IMG/VR virus record: IMGVR_UViG_3300045988_101454
Span: 32,001-96,000 of that record
Strand: one strand, 5' to 3'
DNA length: 64,000 nt
DNA from: a virus
The notes under the pieces are model-generated. The model was not told the origin of the DNA and did not search any database. It saw nothing but the letters and a program-made list of their open reading frames with translations. Both the position numbers and the translations under genes were made by a program. This document shows positions 36,199 through 45,410 of this stretch, one piece after another (position 1 is the first letter of the stretch; the number at the start of each line of letters is the position of its first letter).

Positions 36199-37218
36199 AT
36201 GAAAATAGGACTCATAGACGTGGACGGACGACACGGCAAAAAGAAATGGGGAGCTACGATATACCCTAACGTGGCTCTCGGCAAGATTGCCCGTTGGCAC
36301 ACGATACGGGGCGATGAAGTGGAATGGGCTCAATCTACCGACCTTTTCGACAGGCATCATTACGACATACTGTATGCCAGTAAGGTCTTTAACTTTTCGC
36401 CCGACATCGACTTTCGGCAGTTCTCCTACGACCGGTTGGAGAAGGGTGGCACTGGCTACGACATCTATAAGCGTCTGCCCGACGAGATAGACAAACTCCA
36501 GCCTCTCTACGCAATGTACCCTTGGCTACCGAAAAATCAAGCCGTAGGCAAACTTACCGAGGGGTGCCCTAACAAATGCTTCTGGTGTGTCGTTCCGAAA
36601 AAGGAGGGACGCATACGTCCTTACATGGATATAGAAGAAATTGCCATCGAGGGGCGCACGCATGTTGTGCTGATGGACAACAACATTCTTGCGGCGGGTG
36701 ACTATGCAAAGGAACAGCTCAAAAAGATAATCGACCTTGGTCTGCATATAGACTTCAATTAGGCGATGGACGCACGGCTTGTCACTCCGGAATATGCCGA
36801 ACTGTTAGGCAAGGTGAAATGGATAGACTCCCGCATCCGCTTTGGTTGCGACACCACAGCACAGATAGCAGAGTGTGAGCGAGCCATGCAACTTATCAAT
36901 GCAGCAGGATTCCGGGGCGAATACTTTCTCTATACCATGATAGGCGGCAAGAACGACGTCCGAGAATGTTACCACCGTCTGCACTACTGGTGGGAGCGAC
37001 TGCAACGCTTTCGTATGAGCCATGAAGGCAGAGCCGTGTACGCCTACGCACAACCATACCGTGACCCTACAAATCCCAATCACGCAATCCCCGAATGGCA
37101 GAAGGATATGGCCCGATGGTGCAACAAGCGAATGATATTCTGCACCACCGACTTCAAGGACTTCATGCCAAGAAAGGGTTTCAAGTGTGAGTGGTATTTG
37201 AAGGAGTACGGAATATAA
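36199..37218 (+). CDS. Radical SAM protein interrupted by in-frame TAG at 36760-36762
   Basis: CPNKCFWC is a CX3CX2C motif. The two track ORFs (36199-36762 and 36766-37218) share one frame across the junction HIDFN-TAG-A-MDARL. Confidence 0.7.
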
Positions 37219-37291
37219 GGTGATAGGTATAACCTTAGCGAAGTAATAGGCATAACATAAACTTCATAAACAAAAGCAATATACAAACGAT

Positions 37292-38144
37292 ATGATAACA
37301 GAGAATTTACAGAAAAAGATTGATCGTGCCATCCGTCTGCTTCAAGGCATACAGAAGTTATACGATGGCGAGATAGAGATAGCCTATTCGGGCGGTAAGG
37401 ACTCCGACGTGATCCTTCAACTGGCGAAAGAGTCCGGCATCAAGTATCGAGCCATATACAAGAATACGACCATCGACTCGCCAGGCACGTTGGGGCACGT
37501 CAGGGAAATGGGAGTGGAGATACTGCGGGCAAGATTCCCTTTTTTTCATCTCGTGGCGCAGAAAGGATTTCCATCTCGCTATAGTCGTTTCTGTTGTGAA
37601 AAACTGAAGGAATATAAGGTGCTCAACAAAAGCATTATCGGCGTGCGCAAGGCTGAGAGCTGGAAACGAAACGAAAGATACAACGAGCCAACAAAGTGCC
37701 GATACTACGGAGCGAAGAAAGAGGAAAATCACGTAGAACAGATTTATCCTATTCTGGAATGGACCGATGAGGACGTGCGCAACTTCATCATAGACAGAAA
37801 GTTGAAACTCGCACCCATTTATTACAATTCGGGGGGGGCAAATCGACGTGTCGAAACGTCTCGGCTGCATGTGCTGCCCTCTCGCCTCAAGGCGCAAGCG
37901 CATTATCGAGTTTCAGAAATATCCCAAGATAGCAAAGGCTTATCTCCGTGCGGGGCAACGATTTATGGAAACGCATCCTGACAGCAAGGCGTGCCAGAGG
38001 TACGACAACGTTTACGAATGGTTCACTCGCGACGTATTTTACAGCTCCGATACAGATTGGAACAAGGTAAGCACAGGGCTGTTCGGTAAGCCGGACTTCA
38101 AGAAGTTCTTGGAGGACAAGTTCTGTATTGACTTGACATTATAA
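37292..38144 (+). pseudogene. PP-loop ATPase (PAPS reductase/DndC-like superfamily), frameshifted at a G8 tract
   Basis: Has the SGGKDS PP-loop. G7 instead of G8 would join ...IYYNSGGQIDVSKRLGCMCCPLASRRK.... Two track ORFs overlap here. Confidence 0.7.
37831..37838. repeat. G8 homopolymer in PP-loop ATPase gene
   Basis: Sequence is aattc + 8 G + caaatc. It is one nt longer than the in-frame length. Confidence 0.9.
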
Positions 38145-38155
38145 ACAACACAATT

Positions 38156-38437
38156 ATGATAACAATAAAAATCAAGACATGGAAGGACTGGAAGCAGGAC
38201 TTCATCGATTGGGTAAAGGAGCCACGGCGCAAGACGTGCAAGGAGTATGTGGACTACATGGAGGCTTTACAAAAGAAGACTCTCTACAAAATAATAGATG
38301 ACACTTGTGATAAATACAACAACATGCGTGAGGGTCAAATCCAAGACATCACAGAAGCAGTAGAAAAATGCGTGGCTGCTTGTGCTGAAAAAGCACGCAA
38401 GTTAATCGATGATTGTCAGCCCGCAAAATTTTTCTAA
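38156..38437 (+). CDS. Hypothetical protein
   Basis: 93 aa ORF. Confidence 0.55.
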   Translation: MITIKIKTWKDWKQDFIDWVKEPRRKTCKEYVDYMEALQKKTLYKIIDDTCDKYNNMREGQIQDITEAVEKCVAACAEKARKLIDDCQPAKFF

Positions 38438-38478
38438 GACTGGAACTTCCATTATAAGCAACAAAAACTCTACACAAC

Positions 38479-39088
38479 ATGAACAACAACATAAAAAGAA
38501 AGGACTGGGTGGGCGGCTCGGCCGCTGTATTCAAGACGTTGGGCGCAAGCAACCATACGGATGCGGATAGACAGCGTGAGGATTACTATGCCACAGAACC
38601 GAAAGCGACGGAATGGCTGTGCAAACTGGAGCATTTTGAGGGCCGGATATTGGAGCCTTCGTGTGGCGAGGGTCACATGAGCCGGGTGTTGGAGGCAGCA
38701 GGATATGAGGTGGTGAGCCGCGACCTTGTGGATAGAGGTTACGGCGAGGTGGCTGACTTCCTCTCAATAGACAACTTGGCGTGGGACGGAAACATCATCA
38801 CCAATCCGCCCTACAAATTCGCACAGCAGTTCGTTGTGAAGGCTCTGAGCATCATCCCCGAAGGAAAGAAAGTGGCGATGTTCCTTAAGCTAACTTTCCT
38901 CGAAGGCAAGGCTCGACGCACTCTCTTCCGTTCTACCCCCCCCCATTCGTGTTTGGGTAAGCTCGTCACGACTGAAATGCGCTCCAAACGGCGACTTCAA
39001 CGCTATTGTTGGCAGCGCAACGGCTTACGCATGGTTTGTATGGGAGAAAGGATATAAAGGCGAGACAACTGTAAAATGGTTTAACTGA
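38479..39088 (+). pseudogene. N6-adenine-type DNA methyltransferase (motif I then NPPY), frameshifted at a C9 tract
   Basis: ILEPSCGEGHMSRVL and IITNPPYKF. C8 instead of C9 would give ...TPPIRVWVSSSRLKCAPNGDFNAIVGSATAYAWFVWEKGYKGETTVKWFN. Confidence 0.7.
38936..38944. repeat. C9 homopolymer in methyltransferase gene
   Basis: Sequence is ttcta + 9 C + attcg. It is one nt longer than the in-frame length. Confidence 0.9.
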
Positions 39089-39108
39089 TAGAAAAAAAAC
39101 AATAGAGC

Positions 39109-40011
39109 ATGATAGAACTGAATAAGATATATAATGAAGACTGCCAGGAAGGGATGATAGCCATTCAAGATAATTCCATAGACCTTGCGGTTGCAGACCC
39201 TCCTTACTGGAAAGTAATTGACGAGCAATGGGATTATCAATGGAGAACTGAGAGCGACTATGTGGAATGGTGCATTAAATGGATGAAGGAGGTTGCACGA
39301 GTTTTGCGTATAGGTGGAACATTCTACTGCTTTGGTTATTTCAGAATCTTAGTCTTGCTCATTCCTTACCTTGAATCACTTGGACTTGAATTAAGACAGC
39401 AAATTGTTATTGATAAGGGTATGCGTGTCGTAAGCGGACGGGCTACACGAAGATACAAGATGTTTCCTAACGTAACGGAAAGCGTACTCTTTATAATCAA
39501 AGACAACAAGAAATTTGTAAAGCCATTCCTCAAAGAACGCCAAGAAGCATTAGGACTGACTGCCAAGCAAATCAATGAAGCGTTGGGGGTTAAGTCTAAT
39601 GGCGGTGGCATGTGGAGTATTTACACCGGCAATAACGTATGTGAGCAATTTCCTACGAAGGAGCTCTGGGACAAACTTTCCCATGTACTCTCCTTTGATT
39701 GTCCGTATGAAAAAGTCGCTCAGACATTCAATCCGCAAATAGGAGTTACTGACGTGTGGTCTGATATTAACTTTTATGAAGAAAAACATATCCATCCCAC
39801 TCAAAAGCCGTTAAAGCTAATCCGTAGACTGATAAAAGCCAGCAGTAACGAAGGTGATATTGTCTTAGACCCGTTTTCGGGAGTGGGAACAACGCAGGTA
39901 GGCTGCGTACAGACCAAGCGCAACTTCATCGGCTTCGAGCTCAACAAGGAGTATTACGACAAGGCTTGTAAGCGCATCAAGTTGGAGCAAGCGCAGTTCA
40001 CGCTGTTCTGA
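39109..40011 (+). CDS. Beta-class N6A/N4C DNA methyltransferase (DPPY ... FSGVGTT)
   Basis: 300 aa with AVADPPYW, IHPTQKPLKLIRRLI and DPFSGVGTT. Confidence 0.85.
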   Translation: MIELNKIYNEDCQEGMIAIQDNSIDLAVADPPYWKVIDEQWDYQWRTESDYVEWCIKWMKEVARVLRIGGTFYCFGYFRILVLLIPYLESLGLELRQQIVIDKGMRVVSGRATRRYKMFPNVTESVLFIIKDNKKFVKPFLKERQEALGLTAKQINEALGVKSNGGGMWSIYTGNNVCEQFPTKELWDKLSHVLSFDCPYEKVAQTFNPQIGVTDVWSDINFYEEKHIHPTQKPLKLIRRLIKASSNEGDIVLDPFSGVGTTQVGCVQTKRNFIGFELNKEYYDKACKRIKLEQAQFTLF

Positions 40012-40078
40012 CAACTCAAAAATGGATAAATCCTAATCGCCAACGGCGACAATTCAAAACGAATAAATGATATAGAGA

Positions 40079-40864
40079 ATGATAGAACTGAATAAGATAT
40101 ATAATGAAGACTGCCTGGAAGGCATGAAAAGGATTCTGGACGGAAGTGTGGATTGCATTGTGTGCGATTTGCCGTATGGTACTACTGCTTGTGCTTGGGA
40201 TAGCGTAATTCCATTTGACAAGTTGTGGGAGCAATACAAGAGAATCATAAAGAATACTGGTGCTATAGTCTTGTTTAGTCAGCAACCTTTTACGTCTGCG
40301 CTTATCATGTCGAACATAGATATGTATAAGTATAATTGGATATGGAAAAAGGAGAGTGGTACTAATTACTTAAATTCCCATCATCAACCATTGAAGATTA
40401 CAGAAGATATATGTGTTTTTGGAATGGCAGCAACAACTGAAAGCAAGAAAAAAAAGTATATGGAGTATCATCCTCAAATGATTAAGGGGTACAAGCCTTA
40501 TGCCTGCAAAAATGGCATTCAACGAAAAGACGCTGCAATGGTACGAGGAAAATGTCAAGCGCAGACTGGAGGAGCTGTGACAGTAAGTGATGGTTCTCGT
40601 TTCCCTATAAATTTACTCGAATTTATTCGGGATAAGGAGAAGATCCATCCCACCCAAAAGCCAGTTGCTCTTATTCAGTACCTCATCCGTACCTACTCCA
40701 ACGAGGGCGACACCATATTAGACAACTGTATGGGCAGCGGCACCACCGCCATTGCAGCTATCCGTGAAAAGCGCAACTTCATCGGCTTCGAGCTCAACAA
40801 GGAGTATTACGACAAGGCTTGCAAGCGCATCAAAATGGAGCTGGCGCAGCCTACTCTCTTCTGA
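40079..40864 (+). CDS. Beta-class N6A/N4C DNA methyltransferase (DLPYG ... MGSGTT)
   Basis: 261 aa with VCDLPYG, IHPTQKPVALIQYLI and DNCMGSGTT. Its termini are near-identical to those of 39109-40011. Confidence 0.85.
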   Translation: MIELNKIYNEDCLEGMKRILDGSVDCIVCDLPYGTTACAWDSVIPFDKLWEQYKRIIKNTGAIVLFSQQPFTSALIMSNIDMYKYNWIWKKESGTNYLNSHHQPLKITEDICVFGMAATTESKKKKYMEYHPQMIKGYKPYACKNGIQRKDAAMVRGKCQAQTGGAVTVSDGSRFPINLLEFIRDKEKIHPTQKPVALIQYLIRTYSNEGDTILDNCMGSGTTAIAAIREKRNFIGFELNKEYYDKACKRIKMELAQPTLF

Positions 40865-40896
40865 CAACACAACTAACAACAACACAAAAACAACAC

Positions 40897-41127
40897 ATGA
40901 GTAACAACCGACACAAATACTTCAACAAGGTACCGCCGTTCAAGCCGGACCCTGAACACTACACTCGCAAGCAGCACTCTTGGAAAGCGAAAGAGGCTTA
41001 CGAGACGGAAGATGATGCTTGGGAATATCTCAATCAGAATCCGAAGCTGCGGGCACAGGGCATGACAGCGTACCGATGCAGGACGTGCAACAAATGGCAC
41101 ATAGGACATAAGACGCACAGCGAATAA
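40897..41127 (+). CDS. Small basic protein with C-terminal CxxC (76 aa)
   Basis: MSNNRHKYFNK...YRCRTCNKWHIGH. I prefer the ATG at 40897. Confidence 0.5.
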   Translation: MSNNRHKYFNKVPPFKPDPEHYTRKQHSWKAKEAYETEDDAWEYLNQNPKLRAQGMTAYRCRTCNKWHIGHKTHSE

Positions 41128-41156
41128 GCAACACAACACAAAATCAGGATAACACA

Positions 41157-43148
41157 ATGCAGCAAGCACACAACATATACTTAACCAAATTCCAGCAGCA
41201 GTCACTATACATGGGAGCCAAGGACGAGCGAGTGATTGCTGCCCGCCGTGTGGGTAAGACCGACGGACTTGTGGCTCCTTACGTCTGGATGGCAAGCAAC
41301 TCCATGCCTGGTATGCTCGGCGCATGGGTGGCAGTGTCGCGTCAGCAGGGCTTCGGCAAGACCATACCGAGTACGATGGCAGCAATGGAGCGTATGTTCG
41401 GCTTTACGCAGGGCATTCACTTCGGTTGGGGTCGCCCGCCGAAACATGCCCGTGAGAGTATCTTCAAGCCCAACAACTACGACAACTACATCTGGTTTGC
41501 CAATGGTGCTGGATGGGTGCTTATATCCCTCTCGCAGACTGCGAGTGCCAACAGCTACACTTTTAGCGCACTTGTGGGGGACGAAGCGAGGTTCTTTCCG
41601 CTAAAAAAGGTAACTGACGAGTTGCTGCCGGCTCTTTCTGGCCAGACGCATCCATTGGGCGACATCAACTTTACGGAGTATAATCCGATGTATAAGAGTA
41701 CGCGATTCCTCTCCGATGCTGCGCTCACAGCCAAAGGGTCGTGGCTCGAAAGGGAGGAGGAAAAGTTAGACATGGCAGTTGAGACGGGTCCGTTCAAAGG
41801 AAAGACCTACCGATGGGTGCAGGAGCAGTTGGAGGATTATGCCGACAAGGTGATACGCTACAACGACCTGCTGTATAACGCCAAGAAGACCAATCACTCG
41901 GTTCATGTAGTTCCGAAGGAGTTGCGCACAATGATTCGTGCCGTGGCTCTGAAGATGATGAAGCACGAGGGGCAGTTCCGCATTATGCCTAATCATGGGC
42001 AGCACGTCACTAAGGGTATGGTGGAGATGGCGGTAAACTATAAACTTATTCCGCAGGACGATGCCGAACTGGTTTATGATTACGAGTATCTGATTACGCC
42101 AGAAGAGGATTTTGAGATGCAGATGTTCCTGCGCTCAAAGAAGTTTGCGGATGGATATCTGCGTGAGCTGCGCCGCGTGGCTTTCTGTGTGCGCCGTGCG
42201 TCATCCCTCGACAATGTGGATGTTTTGGGTGAGGATTACATAAGGCAGATGCGCCGCGATCTTCCACCCATGACCTTCGCAATTTCAATCCTCAACATCA
42301 AAGTAAAGAAGACAAACGATGGCTTTTACTCCAACCTCGACATCGACCATGTTCACGGGTATATTCCAGATGAGGATATTTTAAATCAAGCAAATTTTAG
42401 CACAAAAAAAGTAACGGGTATAATCGGCGGCAAGCGCATCACAAGCGAGAGTTATCAACCCGACTTCAAGGAGTTGGGCGAGCGCAACGACTCACGCATG
42501 GACTCCGACTGCATCAACTCCCTCCCCTTATACATAGCCTTGGATTACAATGCCAACATCAATACCTTGGTGGTGGGACAGATGTACGAGCGTGACGGGA
42601 TGGAGTGTCTGAACGTGATCAAGAGCTTCTATGTGAAGAACGAGCGCAAGCTGCGTGAACTGATAGCCGATTTTTCTGATTATTACGCACCCAAGCGAGC
42701 CATCAACCGCGACGTGACGTATTTTTATGATGCCACAGCCAAACAGGGAGCCTCGTATGCTTCGTCAGACGAGCGATTCTACATGACCGTGATTGCAGAA
42801 TTAGAGAAGCGAGGTTGGAACGTGACGGCCATTGACATGGGCGCACCGGAGAAGCACGAGGTGAAGCACAAGATTATCAACGACGGCTTGGCTCACCTCT
42901 CCTACCCTGCCATCCGCATCAACCAGGTAAACAATCCCGACCTTATCATTGCCATGCAGCTGTGCGAGGTGCAGATTTCGTATAAGGGATTCCACAAAAA
43001 TAAGAGTCAAGAAAAAAAGCCCGAGAGTGAAGACACGCTGCCCTTGGAAAACCGTACCGATTTTACGGACGCTTTCGATACGCTGTATTTAGGTTGCAAG
43101 TTCTTCCGAGTCGGTGGCGGTTGGTTTGTGCTGCCAAGTGGAAGATGA
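41157..43148 (+). CDS. Terminase large subunit
   Basis: 663 aa with Walker A-like AARRVGKT and Walker B-like ALVGDEARF. The size is typical. Confidence 0.7.
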   Translation: MQQAHNIYLTKFQQQSLYMGAKDERVIAARRVGKTDGLVAPYVWMASNSMPGMLGAWVAVSRQQGFGKTIPSTMAAMERMFGFTQGIHFGWGRPPKHARESIFKPNNYDNYIWFANGAGWVLISLSQTASANSYTFSALVGDEARFFPLKKVTDELLPALSGQTHPLGDINFTEYNPMYKSTRFLSDAALTAKGSWLEREEEKLDMAVETGPFKGKTYRWVQEQLEDYADKVIRYNDLLYNAKKTNHSVHVVPKELRTMIRAVALKMMKHEGQFRIMPNHGQHVTKGMVEMAVNYKLIPQDDAELVYDYEYLITPEEDFEMQMFLRSKKFADGYLRELRRVAFCVRRASSLDNVDVLGEDYIRQMRRDLPPMTFAISILNIKVKKTNDGFYSNLDIDHVHGYIPDEDILNQANFSTKKVTGIIGGKRITSESYQPDFKELGERNDSRMDSDCINSLPLYIALDYNANINTLVVGQMYERDGMECLNVIKSFYVKNERKLRELIADFSDYYAPKRAINRDVTYFYDATAKQGASYASSDERFYMTVIAELEKRGWNVTAIDMGAPEKHEVKHKIINDGLAHLSYPAIRINQVNNPDLIIAMQLCEVQISYKGFHKNKSQEKKPESEDTLPLENRTDFTDAFDTLYLGCKFFRVGGGWFVLPSGR

Positions 43149-43229
43149 TGAAATTAGGAGTTAGGAATTAGGAGTTGTCGCCGTTGGCGATTTGGAATTA
43201 TTCAATTTGGAGACTTGTATATTAAAGGC

Positions 43230-43262
43230 GAAGGGCAGACGTTATCACAACGGCTGCCCTTC
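43230..43262. terminator. Bidirectional hairpin between convergent operons
   Basis: 9-bp stem GAAGGGCAG/CTGCCCTTC. Confidence 0.55.
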
Positions 43263-43321
43263 TAAAGTGTAAAAAATGAAAATCGCTAATAACAAATTGC
43301 TTTGTTTCTTGGGGTGTACGA

Positions 43322-43947
43322 TTACAAGAAAACTGGCAGTCTACGCCACACGCCACCATTCGGCTGAAACTCTTCCTGCCATTCTCTATATTCTACGTCA
43401 AATTTTGCACCATAAAAAGCCAAACCTTCGAGAGGTAGGCTCTTGATGTATTCCTCCTGCTGCTTACGGGTCATAAAGTCGTTAGACATGAGAATAATGC
43501 GGTTGTTGCGGAGGTAAGCAGAGCACTGAAATATGTACTGCGGATTAGATAACATCTCCCTAATAGCAGCATAATCTGAAATACTCTTCGGAGAGAAATT
43601 AATACCGTTCACGCCAGAAAAGAACTGCTCAGGGTAGCGAAGTATATCTACGTTTTCTAACATCGGGAAGCCTGAAGTGTAGATATAGACATATTCGATG
43701 TTATGGTAATCATAGCGCAGCTGTGCGAGTTATCCATGAGACTTTCTACATAGAACGGATCGCCACCAGTGAGCATAACGGTATGTGCTGCCTTCAACTC
43801 TTCTACAGTTACCACAGGAACCGTATCGAGGTCGTACTGCTTGTTGCAGCACAGCGGACAAGAGTTACCACACCATCTGTTAATCATCAAGTGTATGGCT
43901 CCCTTGTCGGCTCCTGGCTCGTCTGTATATTTACGTTTTGTTTCCAT
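43322..43947 (-). pseudogene. NrdG/QueE-like small radical SAM activase, frameshifted
   Basis: WCGNSCPLCCNKQ (CX3CX2C) and LTGGDPFY. The frame then shifts near 43715-43725 to ...LAQLRYDYHNIEYVYIYTSGFPMLENV..., which continues as track ORF 43322-43663. Confidence 0.55.
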
Positions 43948-43952
43948 ATTGT

Positions 43953-44273
43953 CTATTGTTGTTCGTTTTCTTCCTTCAGCATATCGTGTCGTAGCCCTAT
44001 GAGCCACGACTTGAGATTGATGTAACGGTTGTTGTCGAGGTTTGCATCGCGCCATTCGGCATATTCATCATAGGACATATTGTTCTCGATGATACGCACC
44101 ATATCTTCCGGATTCAGCACGTCGGATTCCTCGAAGTCACACGCCCCACCTACCTCGTCGCCAATCCAATAAAACTTGCGACAACCATCAAAGATCTGTT
44201 CGTTGACGAGTTCTGCCAACTTATTGCAACTATCCTTGTACTGCTTTATAAATTTATTTAAATTAGGGTTCAT
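43953..44273 (-). CDS. Hypothetical protein
   Basis: 106 aa ORF. Confidence 0.5.
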   Translation of the reverse strand: MNPNLNKFIKQYKDSCNKLAELVNEQIFDGCRKFYWIGDEVGGACDFEESDVLNPEDMVRIIENNMSYDEYAEWRDANLDNNRYINLKSWLIGLRHDMLKEENEQQ

Positions 44274-44794
44274 ATCTGCAAATTTAGTTTTTCGACTTTT
44301 GCCTTAAACTTTTCCTCTTCCGTTTCTGTGGCGAACCTAAAAATAATTAGCCGTGCTCTTGAATACGAACTATGAAAGATTATCCCCTGGTCAATAAATA
44401 ACGTCTTTGTTTTTAAAGATCCAAGAAGATAATAGTGGACAGCGAAAGAGGGGGCAACAGACAGACCTTTAAACTTCATAATAAAAGTATCCATCTTACC
44501 ACCGTCTAAAAGATAATCTACAGCCACTATGTCGCCATCATTAAAATCAAGAATATCCCAACTACGGCACGAAGAAGAAGGTAGTAGCATAGGTTCTCCT
44601 TGTTCAAAGTTGGCTAAATGAGCATCGTCGCGAAAAAGATAACACTCATTGTCTTTTTGATCGGAAAGGTTTACTACACAGATTCCTGAATCATTCACTT
44701 CAACTACCTTTACCCAACCGAACAAAGGACAATATAACATAGTACCTTTAGGCAAACTACGCAAAAAATTCCTTAGTCTTTGATTGTGTTCCAT
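44270..44794 (-). CDS. Hypothetical protein, paralog of 5444-6250
   Basis: 174 aa with FLRSLPKGTMLYCPLFGW, GEPMLL...RSWDILDFNDGDIVAVD and RFATETEEEK. Confidence 0.6.
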   Translation of the reverse strand: MEHNQRLRNFLRSLPKGTMLYCPLFGWVKVVEVNDSGICVVNLSDQKDNECYLFRDDAHLANFEQGEPMLLPSSSCRSWDILDFNDGDIVAVDYLLDGGKMDTFIMKFKGLSVAPSFAVHYYLLGSLKTKTLFIDQGIIFHSSYSRARLIIFRFATETEEEKFKAKVEKLNLQI

Positions 44795-44819
44795 ATCTAT
44801 ATTATTTTAGTGAGAAACA

Positions 44820-44854
44820 ATTAGGGGAAATTTTCCTTTGTTTTCCCCTAATTT
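44820..44854 (-). terminator. 12-bp hairpin after 44901-45410
   Basis: Stem AATTAGGGGAAA/TTTCCCCTAATT with an 11-nt loop. Confidence 0.55.
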
Positions 44855-44900
44855 CTTCTATTGCCTAATCTTTTTCTCTTACCGACATAATGTTTCGGAT

Positions 44901-45410
44901 TTATAATAATGTTTTATCGTCGTAAACGCCCAAGTTGGTCCACCACTCTTCCTGTACATATTTGTTATGAGGCATTTCGTAGGTGACAACATCTCTTATC
45001 CATTCGCGAGGAACATAGCTATCAAAGGAAGCCATGCGCGACTCCTGTCCGGGAATGCGCAGAGGTCTATAACGTCCGGCAAATCTATAACACTCAGCTG
45101 TTATAGGCTGCTTGAGTGTGTCGGGCTGAAATGTTACTTTGTATCTGTTGCCACGATGCAAAGCTGCCAGCGTATGCAGGTAATCTTCGTGTCCGCTATG
45201 CTTAGTCATACATCCTTTGACTTCACGGAAATAGCAATCCCATAGGTTACGACGGAAGATGTACCAGAAGAAATCCATTTCGTCATCCGTCATCTGCGAT
45301 ATATGGGGGAATACAATTTTTCGCCACACGTGCTGACGCAGATGCGAACCATAGGCGAATCCTTCAACGGCTGCAACGAAGTCGTGGCGGTCAAGACTCA
45401 GATCTATCAT
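44901..45410 (-). CDS. Hypothetical protein
   Basis: 169 aa ORF. Confidence 0.55.
   Translation of the reverse strand: MIDLSLDRHDFVAAVEGFAYGSHLRQHVWRKIVFPHISQMTDDEMDFFWYIFRRNLWDCYFREVKGCMTKHSGHEDYLHTLAALHRGNRYKVTFQPDTLKQPITAECYRFAGRYRPLRIPGQESRMASFDSYVPREWIRDVVTYEMPHNKYVQEEWWTNLGVYDDKTLL

Noticed and set aside
40016-43200. The shared 18-nt TTGTCGCCGTTGGCGATT (43181-43198) and its reverse complement (40036-40053) as inverted-repeat ends of a mobile cassette around the second methyltransferase and the terminase.
   Set aside because: Each copy is itself a small hairpin (TCGCC-loop-GGCGA) sitting just after a stop codon, so both are more simply terminator-like hairpins. There is no transposase, and an essential terminase lies between them.
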